Origin: Cyanophyceae cyanobacterium
GTDB taxonomy: Bacteria; Cyanobacteriota; Cyanobacteriia; Cyanobacteriales; Laspinemataceae
Reading direction: 5' to 3'
Assembly (NCBI GenBank): GCA_038321985.1
Contig: JBBQFN010000015.1
Location: forward strand, 32,001-96,000
DNA: 64,000 nt
Every line of letters starts with the position of its first letter. Position 1 is the stretch's first letter. The translations under genes and the position numbers were made by a program. Below the pieces are notes generated by a model. The model was not told where the DNA came from and did no database searches. It was given only the letters and a program-made list of their open reading frames with translations. Below, in pieces: positions 9,817-20,071 of the stretch.

Positions 9817-10665
9817 ATGGAAAGACGCGATGTAGGATTGGTAAAGCGCGAGCCAAAAACGCGCAGTCACGACCTTCAGGATTTAGCTTTGGGTTTAGTA
9901 TCGACCCAAAGTTTTCCGGCGATCGTTGGCTGTGCGGACATGATGCTCAAATCCGCTGGAGTAATTTTAGTCGGATTTGAAAAAATTGGGGGGGGTCACT
10001 GTACCGCCGTGGTGCGAGGCAAGACGGCGGATGTGCGCTTGGCTGTAGAAGCGGGTGCCGAAACTGCTGAAAAGTTTGGTCAAGTGGTCTCTAAACTGGT
10101 GATACCTCGTCCCTTGGCGAATCTGGAAGCCATATTACCCATCGGTGCGCGTTTGGTCGATTTGGCCCAAGGAAATCAAGGACGTATCAGCCATGAAGCG
10201 ATTGGGCTGTTGGAAACCCGAGGATTTCCGGCGTTGGTGGGTGCAGCAGATGCCATGCTCAAGTCGGCGGATGTTGAGTTAACCGGCTATGAAAAAATTG
10301 GCGACGGGTTATGTACGGTGATTATCCGAGGCTCCGTGGCGAATGTAGTGGTCGCTGTTGAAGCAGGAATGTTTGAGGCAGAACGAATTGGCGAACTGAC
10401 CTCCGTAATGGTGATTCCTAGGCCCCTTGATGACTTGGAACGGGCTCTACCTCTGGCAAGTTGTTATGTTGAAACGGTCCAACCTCTGCAAATGCCGGTT
10501 GTAGTCAAGGAGAAAGAGCCAGAACTGTTAGCGTTGCCCGAGTTGCAGAAGCTGAGTACACCGCAAGAAGTAGAGATTGAACCCCTGGAACCCGTAGAAT
10601 TACAGGAATTACAGGAATTGCAGGAATTCCCAAAACTTGAACTAGAAAACCCCGACTCGGAATAA
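9817..10665 (+). CDS. ccmO: Carboxysome tandem-BMC shell protein CcmO
   Basis: Two BMC domains (ALGLVSTQSFPAIVG; AIGLLETRGFPALVG) plus an acidic tail. Confidence 0.94.
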   Translation: MERRDVGLVKREPKTRSHDLQDLALGLVSTQSFPAIVGCADMMLKSAGVILVGFEKIGGGHCTAVVRGKTADVRLAVEAGAETAEKFGQVVSKLVIPRPLANLEAILPIGARLVDLAQGNQGRISHEAIGLLETRGFPALVGAADAMLKSADVELTGYEKIGDGLCTVIIRGSVANVVVAVEAGMFEAERIGELTSVMVIPRPLDDLERALPLASCYVETVQPLQMPVVVKEKEPELLALPELQKLSTPQEVEIEPLEPVELQELQELQEFPKLELENPDSE

Positions 10666-10776
10666 ATTCAGCACCCGCCCCTCGATAGTCGAGCGGGGAT
10701 GCGATCGCTCACGGGTGGAGTTTGGGTGAAAGGGTCTGGGCGGAGCTAAACCGTTAGGGAAGGATGCTTGAGGACT

Positions 10777-11058
10777 CTAGGATTGAGACTGGCGATCGAG
10801 AATAGCTTCGGCAATCCAGCGAGCGAAAACTTCATCCCCCATTCGAGATAATGCCTCTAGGAGGATGTCTTGAGATTCTTCCGGCGCGTCCTGAGTTAAC
10901 TCTAGGGGTAGCGCTAACAAGGGCATATTCTGGATCAGTTCCAAGAGGTCCTCGCGGATGCGTTTGCGCTTAGTTTCCAGGACCATCACAGTCCGACGAA
11001 TCGATCGCTCGCGGGTGACTTCGAGTAATAAAACATCCTGTTCGTAAAAGTTATTCAT
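10777..11058 (-). CDS. Hypothetical protein (93 aa)
   Basis: ATG preceded by ACAGGAG; helical composition; occupies otherwise empty space. Confidence 0.65.
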   Translation of the reverse strand: MNNFYEQDVLLLEVTRERSIRRTVMVLETKRKRIREDLLELIQNMPLLALPLELTQDAPEESQDILLEALSRMGDEVFARWIAEAILDRQSQS

Positions 11059-11627
11059 TAAAAAAACTCCTGTGTGGATATCCCTTGCCCGAATCGGCTT
11101 GCACTTCCCTCTGAAGACCTGCGCGATCGCCTCTTGTGAGCCATCTTAAACGAATTTACCCTGGCATAACTACAGTCCCTGGGTAGGGTTTAAGCCGGAA
11201 TTGTACGTTTACACCATTTTCAACTCCCTGGACCCCCGGTTGCCATCTAAAACTCTAACTAGAGACCCTATATTAGGAACGTTCGGCGGGAAACCTCCGA
11301 TTTTTCCTGGGCCAGTTTGAGAGGAACACCCGTAGTAACTGGGATCTCCTCATTTTTATAAAGACAGCAGCCTTATTGTCCCCCTTCACACTAAGCTGTT
11401 TAGCCTTTAATTTAAGGAGACTAGAACAACTAAAAGCGCCGGCTACAGGACAGGGGGTTGATGTCTTTCCCAGGGGATTTTTCCCTGGTAAATTAAAGGT
11501 AATTTTGCCCAAACTCCGGGCTCTCTGCCTAGAGGATTAGATTCAACATCTATAAAAAGACAGGGGGCAATTCTGGAGAATTAGTTCTATTTATAAAGGG
11601 TAGTTCAAAAAGTTTACAGATAATTGT

Positions 11628-12488
11628 ATGCCGACGCAAGAAAAAGAACGTCCTGCTCAACATCAAAACCAACAACCGGGACTCGAATCCGAAATGAATC
11701 CCGCTCCTAAAGCCCGAGCTTCTGAGTACAAGGGTAGTGGAAAATTAGAAAATAAAGTTGCACTGATCACCGGAGGAGATAGCGGAATTGGTCGTTCGGT
11801 TGCCATTCTGTTTGCCCGAGAAGGAGCGGATGTAGCGATCGTGTATCTCAACGAACATGAAGATGCTAAAAAAACTCAAGAAATGGTAGAAGCTGAAGGG
11901 CGTCGCTGTCTGCCGATCGCCGGAGATATTGGAGAAAAAAGTTTTTGCGACCAAGTTGTTAAGCAGACGGTCGATGCCTTTGGACATCTGGATATTCTGA
12001 TTAATAATGCTGCCGAACAGCATCCTCAAGAAAATATTGAGGACATCACCCAGGAGCAGTTGGAAAAAACCTTCCGTACCAATATTTTCTCGATGTTTTA
12101 CCTGACTCAAGCGGCAATGCCTCATCTTAAAGAAGGCAGTGCGATCGTCAATACGACCTCAGTAACGGCATATAAGGGGAATGAAACTTTACTGGATTAT
12201 TCCTCGACTAAGGGGGCGATCGTCGCGTTTACACGAGCATTGTCTCAAAAAGTCGTTAGTAAAGGGATTCGTGTTAATGGCGTTGCTCCCGGTCCAATTT
12301 GGACTCCCCTGATTCCCGCCACCTTTTCGGAAGAAAAAGTCGCCACGTTTGGTCAGCAAGTACCGATGAAACGGGCAGGAGAACCAGAGGAAGTTGCGCC
12401 TTCTTATGTTTTCCTAGCCTCGGATGATTCTTCTTATATGACGGGTCAAATTCTGCATCCCAATGGTGGCACGGTTGTTGGAAGTTAA
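11628..12488 (+). CDS. SDR oxidoreductase, YhdF/YghA-like general stress type
   Basis: TGGDSGIG, NNAA and YSSTK motifs; N-terminal QPGLESEMNPAP. Confidence 0.9.
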   Translation: MPTQEKERPAQHQNQQPGLESEMNPAPKARASEYKGSGKLENKVALITGGDSGIGRSVAILFAREGADVAIVYLNEHEDAKKTQEMVEAEGRRCLPIAGDIGEKSFCDQVVKQTVDAFGHLDILINNAAEQHPQENIEDITQEQLEKTFRTNIFSMFYLTQAAMPHLKEGSAIVNTTSVTAYKGNETLLDYSSTKGAIVAFTRALSQKVVSKGIRVNGVAPGPIWTPLIPATFSEEKVATFGQQVPMKRAGEPEEVAPSYVFLASDDSSYMTGQILHPNGGTVVGS

Positions 12489-12650
12489 TCTTGGGGTTGG
12501 AGTTTTTAATCAAAACAGCACTTGTGCCCCCCCGTTTTTTTGTGGAGGTGTATAAGTGCGATTAATTATACCCAATCCGGTTGATTTACCCAGAAACTAC
12601 CCCCATCCTTTCTTTACTCTTTAGGGTGGGGTGTTTTCCGGGTAAATTTT

Positions 12651-12680
12651 TGTAGAGACGTTTTATACTGCGTCTCTACA
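12651..12680. repeat. GTAGAGACG...CGTCTCTAC REP-like palindromic repeat
   Basis: TGTAGAGACG-N10-CGTCTCTACA is a perfect 10-bp inverted repeat; a second copy lies at 19998-20024. Confidence 0.7.
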
Positions 12681-12822
12681 TTTTCAGTTTATTGAGGGTA
12701 CGCCTCTAAGTGAGGGAGACAAGAGAATATAAGGAGTGAGAACGTCTCGCCCCCACTCCCAAAGCAAACGTAAAAGAATTGTCCAATTTATTTAGACTGC
12801 TATATAAAAACCCTTAACAGAC

Positions 12823-12856
12823 AAAAAATGGGAGGCATTAACACCTCCCATTTTTT
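12823..12856. terminator. Bidirectional intrinsic terminator between the convergent SDR and hemerythrin genes
   Basis: AAAAAATGGGAGG-cattaaca-CCTCCCATTTTTT. Confidence 0.75.
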
Positions 12857-12904
12857 AGCTTATTTACAGCCTACGTCTGAGAACAAAGTGAACTGAAAAT
12901 TAGG

Positions 12905-13927
12905 TTAGGAAGCCATCGATTTTTGAGCGCGGCTTTTAGCTTCTTTGAACTGCTTGGACAGTTGTTGCATTTGGTCTTCGTTCATAGACTGACGATATTT
13001 ATTGAACATATCGTTTTCTTCTTCCTTGACGTGATGCTGCACCATCTCTTTCAACTGACGGATATGATCCATGAAGTCAGGAGCACTGCCCTTGCTAGAT
13101 TTGATGGCTTCGAGAAGTTGTTTCATCTCCGCCTGTTCGTTGTACAGGTGCTGCACTTCGGGGAATTGAGCGCGGATAGCGGGGTAAACGACTTCTTCTT
13201 CGGCTTCAGAGTGAGCGCTCAGGTCTTTATAAATTTGACCGAAGAATTCTTCGCGTTTTTGAGCATCGTTCGTATTCTCAATTTCCGTAAAGAGGGTATC
13301 TACTTTGCGGTGATCTTCAAACAGAATTTCGAGAATGTTCATATCATCTTTTGCGCGGCTAGTGGCGCTGCCGAAGACCCCACTTAGGGCGGCCATCGCA
13401 TCTTGTACGCGACTCCAGACGCCTTGATCCGGGTCTTGGCCGGTGAGTTCACGGGTACCGAGAACTTCCAGAATTCCCTTTAGTTGCTCTTGGTGAGCAC
13501 GGTTTTCAAAGTTAACGGTATTCAGGGGAGTAATGGCAGCTTCAATGTCAGCGCCGACGACTTGTGCAGCTTTGTGTACCAGCAGTCCTTTCATCACCTG
13601 AGCGTGCTTGAGCAATTCATGCTGAGAGATTTTCTCAAACAGGGTCATATTGGAATCTTCCATCATTTTCTGAGCTTGTTTGAGGGTTTGCTCAGTGGTG
13701 CTATTGGGTTCAGACGGATTACCGTATTGAATGATGGTAGTTTCAATGATCCCGAGGTTTTTGCGGTCGTCTTCTAGCATATTTTGCAAACGCTCGCGGA
13801 TATCAGGGTCGCTGGTAGCGCTGATAAATTTTTCTTCAGTAGAGATTAGGAAATTTTGTGCAGCTTTCATGTCGGCCAGCTTACTGGCGATCGCCATGCG
13901 TTTACTATCTTGTAATTGAACGGTCAT
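12905..13927 (-). CDS. Ferritin-like plus hemerythrin (HHE) domain protein, cyanobacterial 'DNA nickase' type
   Basis: N-terminal QHELLKHAQ and FENRAHQEQLKG; C-terminal DHRKV, HSEAEEEVVYP and HHVKEEENDMF. Confidence 0.8.
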   Translation of the reverse strand: MTVQLQDSKRMAIASKLADMKAAQNFLISTEEKFISATSDPDIRERLQNMLEDDRKNLGIIETTIIQYGNPSEPNSTTEQTLKQAQKMMEDSNMTLFEKISQHELLKHAQVMKGLLVHKAAQVVGADIEAAITPLNTVNFENRAHQEQLKGILEVLGTRELTGQDPDQGVWSRVQDAMAALSGVFGSATSRAKDDMNILEILFEDHRKVDTLFTEIENTNDAQKREEFFGQIYKDLSAHSEAEEEVVYPAIRAQFPEVQHLYNEQAEMKQLLEAIKSSKGSAPDFMDHIRQLKEMVQHHVKEEENDMFNKYRQSMNEDQMQQLSKQFKEAKSRAQKSMAS

Positions 13928-14343
13928 TCGAGTGTTCTCCTCGTATTTCAGGATTTAAAGTTGTTGTCAACTATCCTTTACTTTAAAAGAGGCTTCTTTT
14001 AACTTCATCCTTCTTTAGACAGATCGTGGAGTTTACAAAGGAAGAGAAGTCATTCAATGGGGCGATCGCCTCGGAGGAATACGCCCTTACCTTTAATCAT
14101 TTAAACACTCCGTCCCGCATGGGATTGAGCAAATTGTAATCAAAGTTTGATTGGGTCTTTAGACCTGAATTTAAGCTGAATTTTATTAGAATTATTCCTT
14201 TTGATAGGAAAAGATTTATATCTTTAGGAGGTAGGCAAATCAGGGTTAAAACAATAAGGCTTCACCTCAATTATTTAACCTTAAATAGGAACTAAGAATC
14301 TGCGCCCATGCCAACTTAAGACGGTTGAAAAGGTGAGCAGGTT

Positions 14344-15477
14344 TCAACTGCGCCGATAGTGCATTCCAGGTAATTGCTCGACCAAACCGATTAATTCCAA
14401 TTGCAATAAGGCACTGGAGACCGAGGCTGCATCGAGTTGGGCTTGGGAAATAATCACATCAAAGGGTGTCGGCTCGATCGCCGTGGCTTCCCAGACTTGT
14501 TGCAATTGTGGGTCTAAATCGGGCACTGATGGCAGCGGTGCCAGGACGGGAGTCGTCACCCCTGGGTAGGGAGGTGCATGAGATGGGGATATCGCCCCCA
14601 GCATTTCCAGTAATTCAGTTTCATTAATGATGGTCTCAGCCCCATTTTTCAGGAGTCGTAAACAGCCTTGGGAGTTGGGGTCATCGATGCGACCGGGTAA
14701 GGCAAATACATCTCGGCTGTATTCATTAGCGACTCGCGCTGTAATCAGGGCCCCTGATCGCTCTGGTGCTTCCATCACCAAGATGGCCCGACTCAACCCA
14801 GCAATAATCCGGTTGCGTTGAGCGAAGTGTTCTCGCTTTGTGAGTGTCCCGGCAGGATATTCGCTCACAAGCAAGCCTTTTTGTATAATTTTTTGTGATA
14901 AAAGGCGATTGGTTTCTGGATATATTTTATCCAAGGGAGTACCGAAGACAGCGATCGTGCGTCCCCCCGCATCTAAACAACCGAGATGGGCCTGAGTATC
15001 GATGCCTGCGGCCATCCCGGATACAACGGTAAATCCAGATTCGGCTAGAATCTTGCTAATTCGTCGAGTCCAGCGCTGACCATATTCTGAGGGGTAACGA
15101 GTGCCGACGATTCCGACAATGGGGCGATTGCCCAGGGTTTCCTGGCGATCAGTCTGACCCTGGTAATACAGCAGGGGGGGTGGGTTGGGGATTTCCTTCA
15201 ACAGGCGGGGATAGTCTGGGTCGGCAGGGGTCCAAAAGTTGGGATTTTGGCGCAGATGTTCCTTGTAGAGTTCTTCGAGGTTAAGTTGCGATCGCCGTTG
15301 TACAACTTTTTCGGCCAGTTGCCGACCCACGCCCTGCACCTGGGTGAGGGCCTCGGGTCCTGCCTGCCAAGCTGCTGCTAAACTGCCGAAATACCGAAAC
15401 AATCGACCGAGTAAAACTGGGCCAACACTGGGAATTTGTGACCACGCCACCCAAAATGCACGTTCTTCCAGATACAT
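14344..15477 (-). CDS. dprA: DNA-processing protein DprA
   Basis: IVGTR, VVSGMAAGID, SEYP, RNRIIAGLS and SGALITA motifs; C-terminal winged helix. Confidence 0.95.
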   Translation of the reverse strand: MYLEERAFWVAWSQIPSVGPVLLGRLFRYFGSLAAAWQAGPEALTQVQGVGRQLAEKVVQRRSQLNLEELYKEHLRQNPNFWTPADPDYPRLLKEIPNPPPLLYYQGQTDRQETLGNRPIVGIVGTRYPSEYGQRWTRRISKILAESGFTVVSGMAAGIDTQAHLGCLDAGGRTIAVFGTPLDKIYPETNRLLSQKIIQKGLLVSEYPAGTLTKREHFAQRNRIIAGLSRAILVMEAPERSGALITARVANEYSRDVFALPGRIDDPNSQGCLRLLKNGAETIINETELLEMLGAISPSHAPPYPGVTTPVLAPLPSVPDLDPQLQQVWEATAIEPTPFDVIISQAQLDAASVSSALLQLELIGLVEQLPGMHYRRS

Positions 15478-15635
15478 TCGCCCTCACGACTCCAATTGTG
15501 ATTGTTAATCCAAGGGTTGTGCGGCGATCGCACCCCCTTTGGATTTTAGGAGAAAGTGCTGTTTAGAACAACGGGCCATCTCTAGATGAGAACCAAGGGG
15601 TCAGGGAGGAACCCCTTTCCCGGAATTAATAAAAA

Positions 15636-15676
15636 TATACCAACCCACTCTGAGCTTTCCAGAGTAGGTTGGTATA
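15636..15676 (-). terminator. Terminator hairpin downstream of the glycosyltransferase
   Basis: TATACCAACC.ACTCTG...CAGAGT.GGTTGGTATA stem, followed by a T-rich run on the minus strand. Confidence 0.6.
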
Positions 15677-15762
15677 ACCAGCCTATCAAAGTTATTGAAT
15701 ATAGACGGGGAGTGGACCACAGGAGCAAGAGCTTTTCAAGAATCCCCCTGTCTCCTTACGCA

Positions 15763-17025
15763 TTAGGCGATCGCCGGGTCAAGTGACTGCATGGATTGGG
15801 CCAGCAGTTCATCGTATAAGTTACTGAGTTGAACCGCCACCCCATCCCAGCTAAATTTTTCTTCTACCCTTCGGCGAGCTGCTGCCCCCCATTGGTTTTG
15901 CCAGTTAGGTTGAGATAAAATCCGGTCAATGGCGATAGCAAAGGCCGCGTCATCCTGGGGTGGACAGAGCAAACCCGTTTCTTCCGAAACCACCGTAAAC
16001 TGTAATCCACCGACATCTGAGGCGACAACGGGAGTCCGGCTTGCCATCGATTCGATCGCCACTAACCCAAAAGGTTCATAATGGCTAGGAACAACGCAGA
16101 CATTCGCTGCCGCATAATAAAGGGGTAAGTGGTCATGGCCGATCCGTCCGAGAAATGTAGTCAGGTCTGCAATGCCTAATTCTTCGACAAGAGCGGCAAT
16201 GCGATCGCGTTCAATGCCATCGCTTTGACCCGGACGCCAACCTCCCCCAATAATCAGCCGTAAATCCTGCTGACCCCGCAGGGTGGAACGACCCACCGCC
16301 CGCACTAAGGTTTCAATCCCTTTGCGTGGATCAAATCGTCCCACATAAAAGATGACGGGGCTATCTTGGGGAATTCCTAGCAGTTCCCGGGCTTCTTGAC
16401 GGGAAACACTCCCAAATTTATGAATATCGGTACCGCACGGAATCACATCGATCTGTCCCTTTGTCGAAACGAGGGTTTTCATGTGTTCTTGTTCCTGGGG
16501 AGAGGTTGCCACAATGCGATCGGCATTTTCTAGACAAGCTTTTTCGATGCCTAGGCGTGTGGTGGCAATCATCGGAATTGTGGAAACCGCTTTATACTTA
16601 ACCACACCTAGAGAGTGGTAAGTATGAACCTGTTGGATGGGTTGGATTTTTTTTAACTCCATTCCTACCGCTGCTGAAATCCAGTAATTGGTATGAACAA
16701 GCGGATATTCTAGGCGCTGTTGTTCTTGAAATTTTAGAAATTCCCCCACAAAATCCGGGACATATTCATAAATTTGTTGCCGAGGAACGAATTCTTCGGG
16801 ACCTGCTACTAAGCGAATGGTCCGACAATTGGGGGTATGTTCTACTACGGTCGGTTGGGTTGCATTTGACTTGCGGGTGAATAAATCGACTTTCCACCCC
16901 AAATTTCCTAATGCTTCGCCAACTTTACGGACATAAACGTTTTGACCTCCGGCCTCTTCTTTACCAATTTCTACGGCGGGGTCACCATGAACGGAAATTA
17001 AAGCAATCGACTTTGAGTTTAGCAT
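15763..17025 (-). CDS. GT4 glycosyltransferase, sucrose-phosphate synthase-like (GT domain only)
   Basis: IALISVHGDP...EAGGQNVYV, HTNYW, HTYHSLG, VGRFDPRKG and PSHYEPFGLV motifs. Start taken at ATG 17025. SPS activity is an inference. Confidence 0.8.
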   Translation of the reverse strand: MLNSKSIALISVHGDPAVEIGKEEAGGQNVYVRKVGEALGNLGWKVDLFTRKSNATQPTVVEHTPNCRTIRLVAGPEEFVPRQQIYEYVPDFVGEFLKFQEQQRLEYPLVHTNYWISAAVGMELKKIQPIQQVHTYHSLGVVKYKAVSTIPMIATTRLGIEKACLENADRIVATSPQEQEHMKTLVSTKGQIDVIPCGTDIHKFGSVSRQEARELLGIPQDSPVIFYVGRFDPRKGIETLVRAVGRSTLRGQQDLRLIIGGGWRPGQSDGIERDRIAALVEELGIADLTTFLGRIGHDHLPLYYAAANVCVVPSHYEPFGLVAIESMASRTPVVASDVGGLQFTVVSEETGLLCPPQDDAAFAIAIDRILSQPNWQNQWGAAARRRVEEKFSWDGVAVQLSNLYDELLAQSMQSLDPAIA

Positions 17026-17739
17026 AATTTTAATTGAGGGGAAACCAAAGAAATAAAGTAAAGCGCTGCCCACTTTATCTTTTAGACTACATTTTTGTTG
17101 GGTTATCTCATTAGCTTCTAATTGAGATAGATGGGGTAAAATAATTCCTAGAAACTCGGATAATTTACCAGGGAATTTAGGAGGTAAATCAGGCTTTGGA
17201 AAAGTCTCTCAGGATTTTCTGGCAAAAATTTTATTTAAAGGCTCTCGGCAAGGATTAGATTGCCTTAAAATTTTGATAATAAAACCCCAGCAATTTACTC
17301 CTATTTAGCAGAGCTTTTTGTTTTGTTTTTTTGTCCAGAAAAAACTTATAAGGAAATAATAAAAAATCCTGTCCATAGATGACATCTACCCTCGGAAATA
17401 ATTCGAGAGGAGTAGGTTTTATATTAGCTTTTAAATAAAGTTTTAGAATGTAGCCACATCATTTTCGGCTAAACCTATCCGCATTAATCCTCTGCGGATT
17501 ACTTGAGGGGTTAGGAGTTCAAAAGCCACACTCGCGCTCAGGCCGTTTTTGATTTGTCATGATTTTTTGACAATTAACGGTATCCCTCAGTTTTTCTTAG
17601 AATTGAGCGGGATTAAAACCTCTAGGGAGGTGCCATGTCACCCCCTTAGAGCGACTACAGGGGTTAAGTCTGAATCAAGGGACCTCCCCCTGTTGGTTTT
17701 TTCGTTTGGACAAAAAAATTAGAAATAGGATTTCGCGGG

Positions 17740-18399
17740 TTAACCTTTCACTTTTTCCTGTTGCTTGAGATAGGCAAAAACACTTTTATCACCAATATCT
17801 GAGGGAATGTCTTGCCCTGCTTTGCGGACTGCAAAGACTAGAAAGAGAATAGCCCAGGCGGAGAGTAAAATTTGTTCCATTGATGGAGTTAACAAACCAG
17901 ACAGGTGACCTAAAATCAGTAGAGGAACTAAGGGAGTGAGCAATTTTGTTTCCAGACGGTTGAAACAAAAGGCTTCTTTAAAATAGATGCCACATAACGC
18001 TACAAAGGTAAATCCAATCCCAACTAAGGCGATCGGCTCGTGATAAACTGTCACAACTAAGGGATCAGGGCGAGTAAAATTTAAAATCAAGGCAGTGATG
18101 GCACCGATCGCCCAGCATAATTGCAGGAAGCGATGGAGGACTTTTAGATAAATGTGAATGGTGAGTAAGCTGACGCCGAGGGCTAGACAGAAACAGGCAT
18201 AGAGTGGGCTAAGAGTGGTGAGGATAGGGGGAGTGGTTCCTTGCCAGAAGAGGAGAACCGGAGCCAGGGCAAAACTGAGTGCTGCTGCCATCAAACCACT
18301 GCGATAGATGATAACGGATTGGCGATCGCTGGGGGTAATGCTAAATTCTCCAAACTGCCCTTGATAAACTGGAGATTCGATTGGGTTGGCTTGAGTCAT
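17740..18399 (-). CDS. DUF2301-type integral membrane protein
   Basis: YQGQFGEF, IHIYL, FKEAFCF and DIGDKSVF motifs. Confidence 0.8.
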   Translation of the reverse strand: MTQANPIESPVYQGQFGEFSITPSDRQSVIIYRSGLMAAALSFALAPVLLFWQGTTPPILTTLSPLYACFCLALGVSLLTIHIYLKVLHRFLQLCWAIGAITALILNFTRPDPLVVTVYHEPIALVGIGFTFVALCGIYFKEAFCFNRLETKLLTPLVPLLILGHLSGLLTPSMEQILLSAWAILFLVFAVRKAGQDIPSDIGDKSVFAYLKQQEKVKG

Positions 18400-18870
18400 G
18401 ATGAATTTGACAGCTCTATTCTAAGGTAATGGTCGTTCGAGATCCACTTTATTATGACTGATATGAGGACTAACCCGACCCTCATAGGCTCTAAAGAGGA
18501 CTAAATCCCTGAAAAACCCAACCAAAGGGTCTGATACCCGGATTTGGTATGATAAGGATATTCAAGGTCAATTTTTAGAAGATTGTTTTGATGAAGATGA
18601 ATTTGAGATAAAATTACCCCAAGTTTAGACAGCCCTAATTTCGAGGTTAATGAATATAATTTAAAGCAATATTTAAAATTCTTTATAGGCCGGATTAAAG
18701 CCCCTTACGAGCTTACAGAAAATGAGGAATTTGAGGGTAAAAGGGATTATCTCACGGGGGGAAAGAGCCAGAATAAATCCGAAAAGGTGAGAATTACCTG
18801 CTACCGTTGTTCAGTTATTAGGCAGCGTTATCGAAAGTTTAGGGTAGCCGATCGCATCGTTACCAAGGCA

Positions 18871-19647
18871 TTAGGGCCATGTCACCCTTACCCTTGCACC
18901 GACAGCCAGTTGGAGTTTACCACCGGCATTGCCACCATTGAGGGCAATTTCCACCCAACCGTGAGAACCGATCAGGGCGACTGCTTTGCCGAGGGGCGCA
19001 TCACTGTAAGTCTCTCCCCCTAGGATAGCCTGATCTCCCGCTACCACAGACCAAGATTTGCCCCTTACTTCTCTCCCGGGAATGTTGGTGATCAGGTTAC
19101 CAAAGCGATCGAGGTATTGGATGCAACCGACGATTTCTTGGTTTTGTGAGTGACACTGAGGCAGATCCAGTTTGACTAAGGTTTGGGGATCGATCGCCGG
19201 TCCCAGGTGTTGGATCTCCACCCCGTTGGCAAGATGAGCGCCCACTGGAGCAAAAATATCTCGCCCGTGAAAAGTGTTACTGGGTTCAGAGGTGCGCCAG
19301 TAGGCAGAATTGGTCAGTTCCACAGCCGCGAGAATCGCATTTTCTTGACTCAGAACCCCGGAGAATAGTCCGTTATCGGGTCCTACTAAGAGATAACGAG
19401 GGAGTTGCAGGGCGATCGCCCGCCTAGAACTGCCTACTCCTGGATCCACAACGGCGACATGAATGGTCCCCTGGGGGAAATAGGAATAAGCACTCATTAG
19501 ACAAAAACGAGCAGCGGCGACATCCTGCGGAGGAATCTCATGAGTGAGGTCTACAATTGTAACCCCTGGATTGATGCAGGCGATCGCCCCTTTCATCAGG
19601 CTGACATAGACATCACGGGATCCAAAGTCTGTTAAGAGGGTAAGCAT
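18871..19647 (-). CDS. SAM hydroxide adenosyltransferase / DUF62 family
   Basis: TLLTDFG, VVDPGVGS, GPDNG, TFHGRDIFAP and DRFGNLITN motifs. Start is either 19647 or 19686. Confidence 0.88.
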   Translation of the reverse strand: MLTLLTDFGSRDVYVSLMKGAIACINPGVTIVDLTHEIPPQDVAAARFCLMSAYSYFPQGTIHVAVVDPGVGSSRRAIALQLPRYLLVGPDNGLFSGVLSQENAILAAVELTNSAYWRTSEPSNTFHGRDIFAPVGAHLANGVEIQHLGPAIDPQTLVKLDLPQCHSQNQEIVGCIQYLDRFGNLITNIPGREVRGKSWSVVAGDQAILGGETYSDAPLGKAVALIGSHGWVEIALNGGNAGGKLQLAVGARVRVTWP

Positions 19648-19708
19648 AGGGTTAGGGGAGATAGGGGAGGGAAACCTAAGGTTCATCCGAGTTAAATATT
19701 AAATTTTA

Positions 19709-19765
19709 GTCAATTTTGATACAAGTCCTGATGAGGAGTGTTATTTTAGAAGTAAGAGAAAATAC
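19709..19765 (+). promoter_or_regulatory. Two NtcA boxes upstream of pirA
   Basis: Exact GTA-AGAGAAAA-TAC at 19752-19765 and GTC-AATTTTGA-TAC at 19709-19722. Confidence 0.7.
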
Positions 19766-19792
19766 ATGAATTGAAAACGGAAAAAGTCCACC

Positions 19793-19948
19793 ATGAACAA
19801 AATTAGTCATGAAACCTTGAAACAAGCGGCGGCTACCCATCGGGCAACGATCCGCCAGAAATTACAGTATCGCCTGGAAATGGCTAGACAGAAAGGGGAC
19901 GAAAACTTGATTCGGATGCTTGAAGCCGAAGCCAGCTATTTCAGCTAA
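19793..19948 (+). CDS. pirA: PII-interacting regulator of arginine synthesis PirA (51 aa)
   Basis: Manual translation MNKISHETLKQAAATHRATIRQKLQYRLEMARQKGDENLIRMLEAEASYFS contains the family motif HR...L..RLE.AR.KGD..L.R.LE.E. Below the ORF-track length cutoff. Confidence 0.82.
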   Translation: MNKISHETLKQAAATHRATIRQKLQYRLEMARQKGDENLIRMLEAEASYFS

Positions 19949-20071
19949 AGCCCCATAATCAGGAACTCGGTTGATAGAATCCCCAATCCAGAGCAGATGT
20001 AGAGACGCCCCTTTCGCGTCTCTATTCTCGTTTTAGGGCCTAAAATCCGGATCAGGGTTTGAAAGCCCCTC

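Noticed and set aside
18871..19647. Halogenase (chlorinase/fluorinase) for a natural-product pathway
   Set aside because: It retains the DUF62 hydrolase-type FHGRD motif and has no biosynthetic genes nearby.
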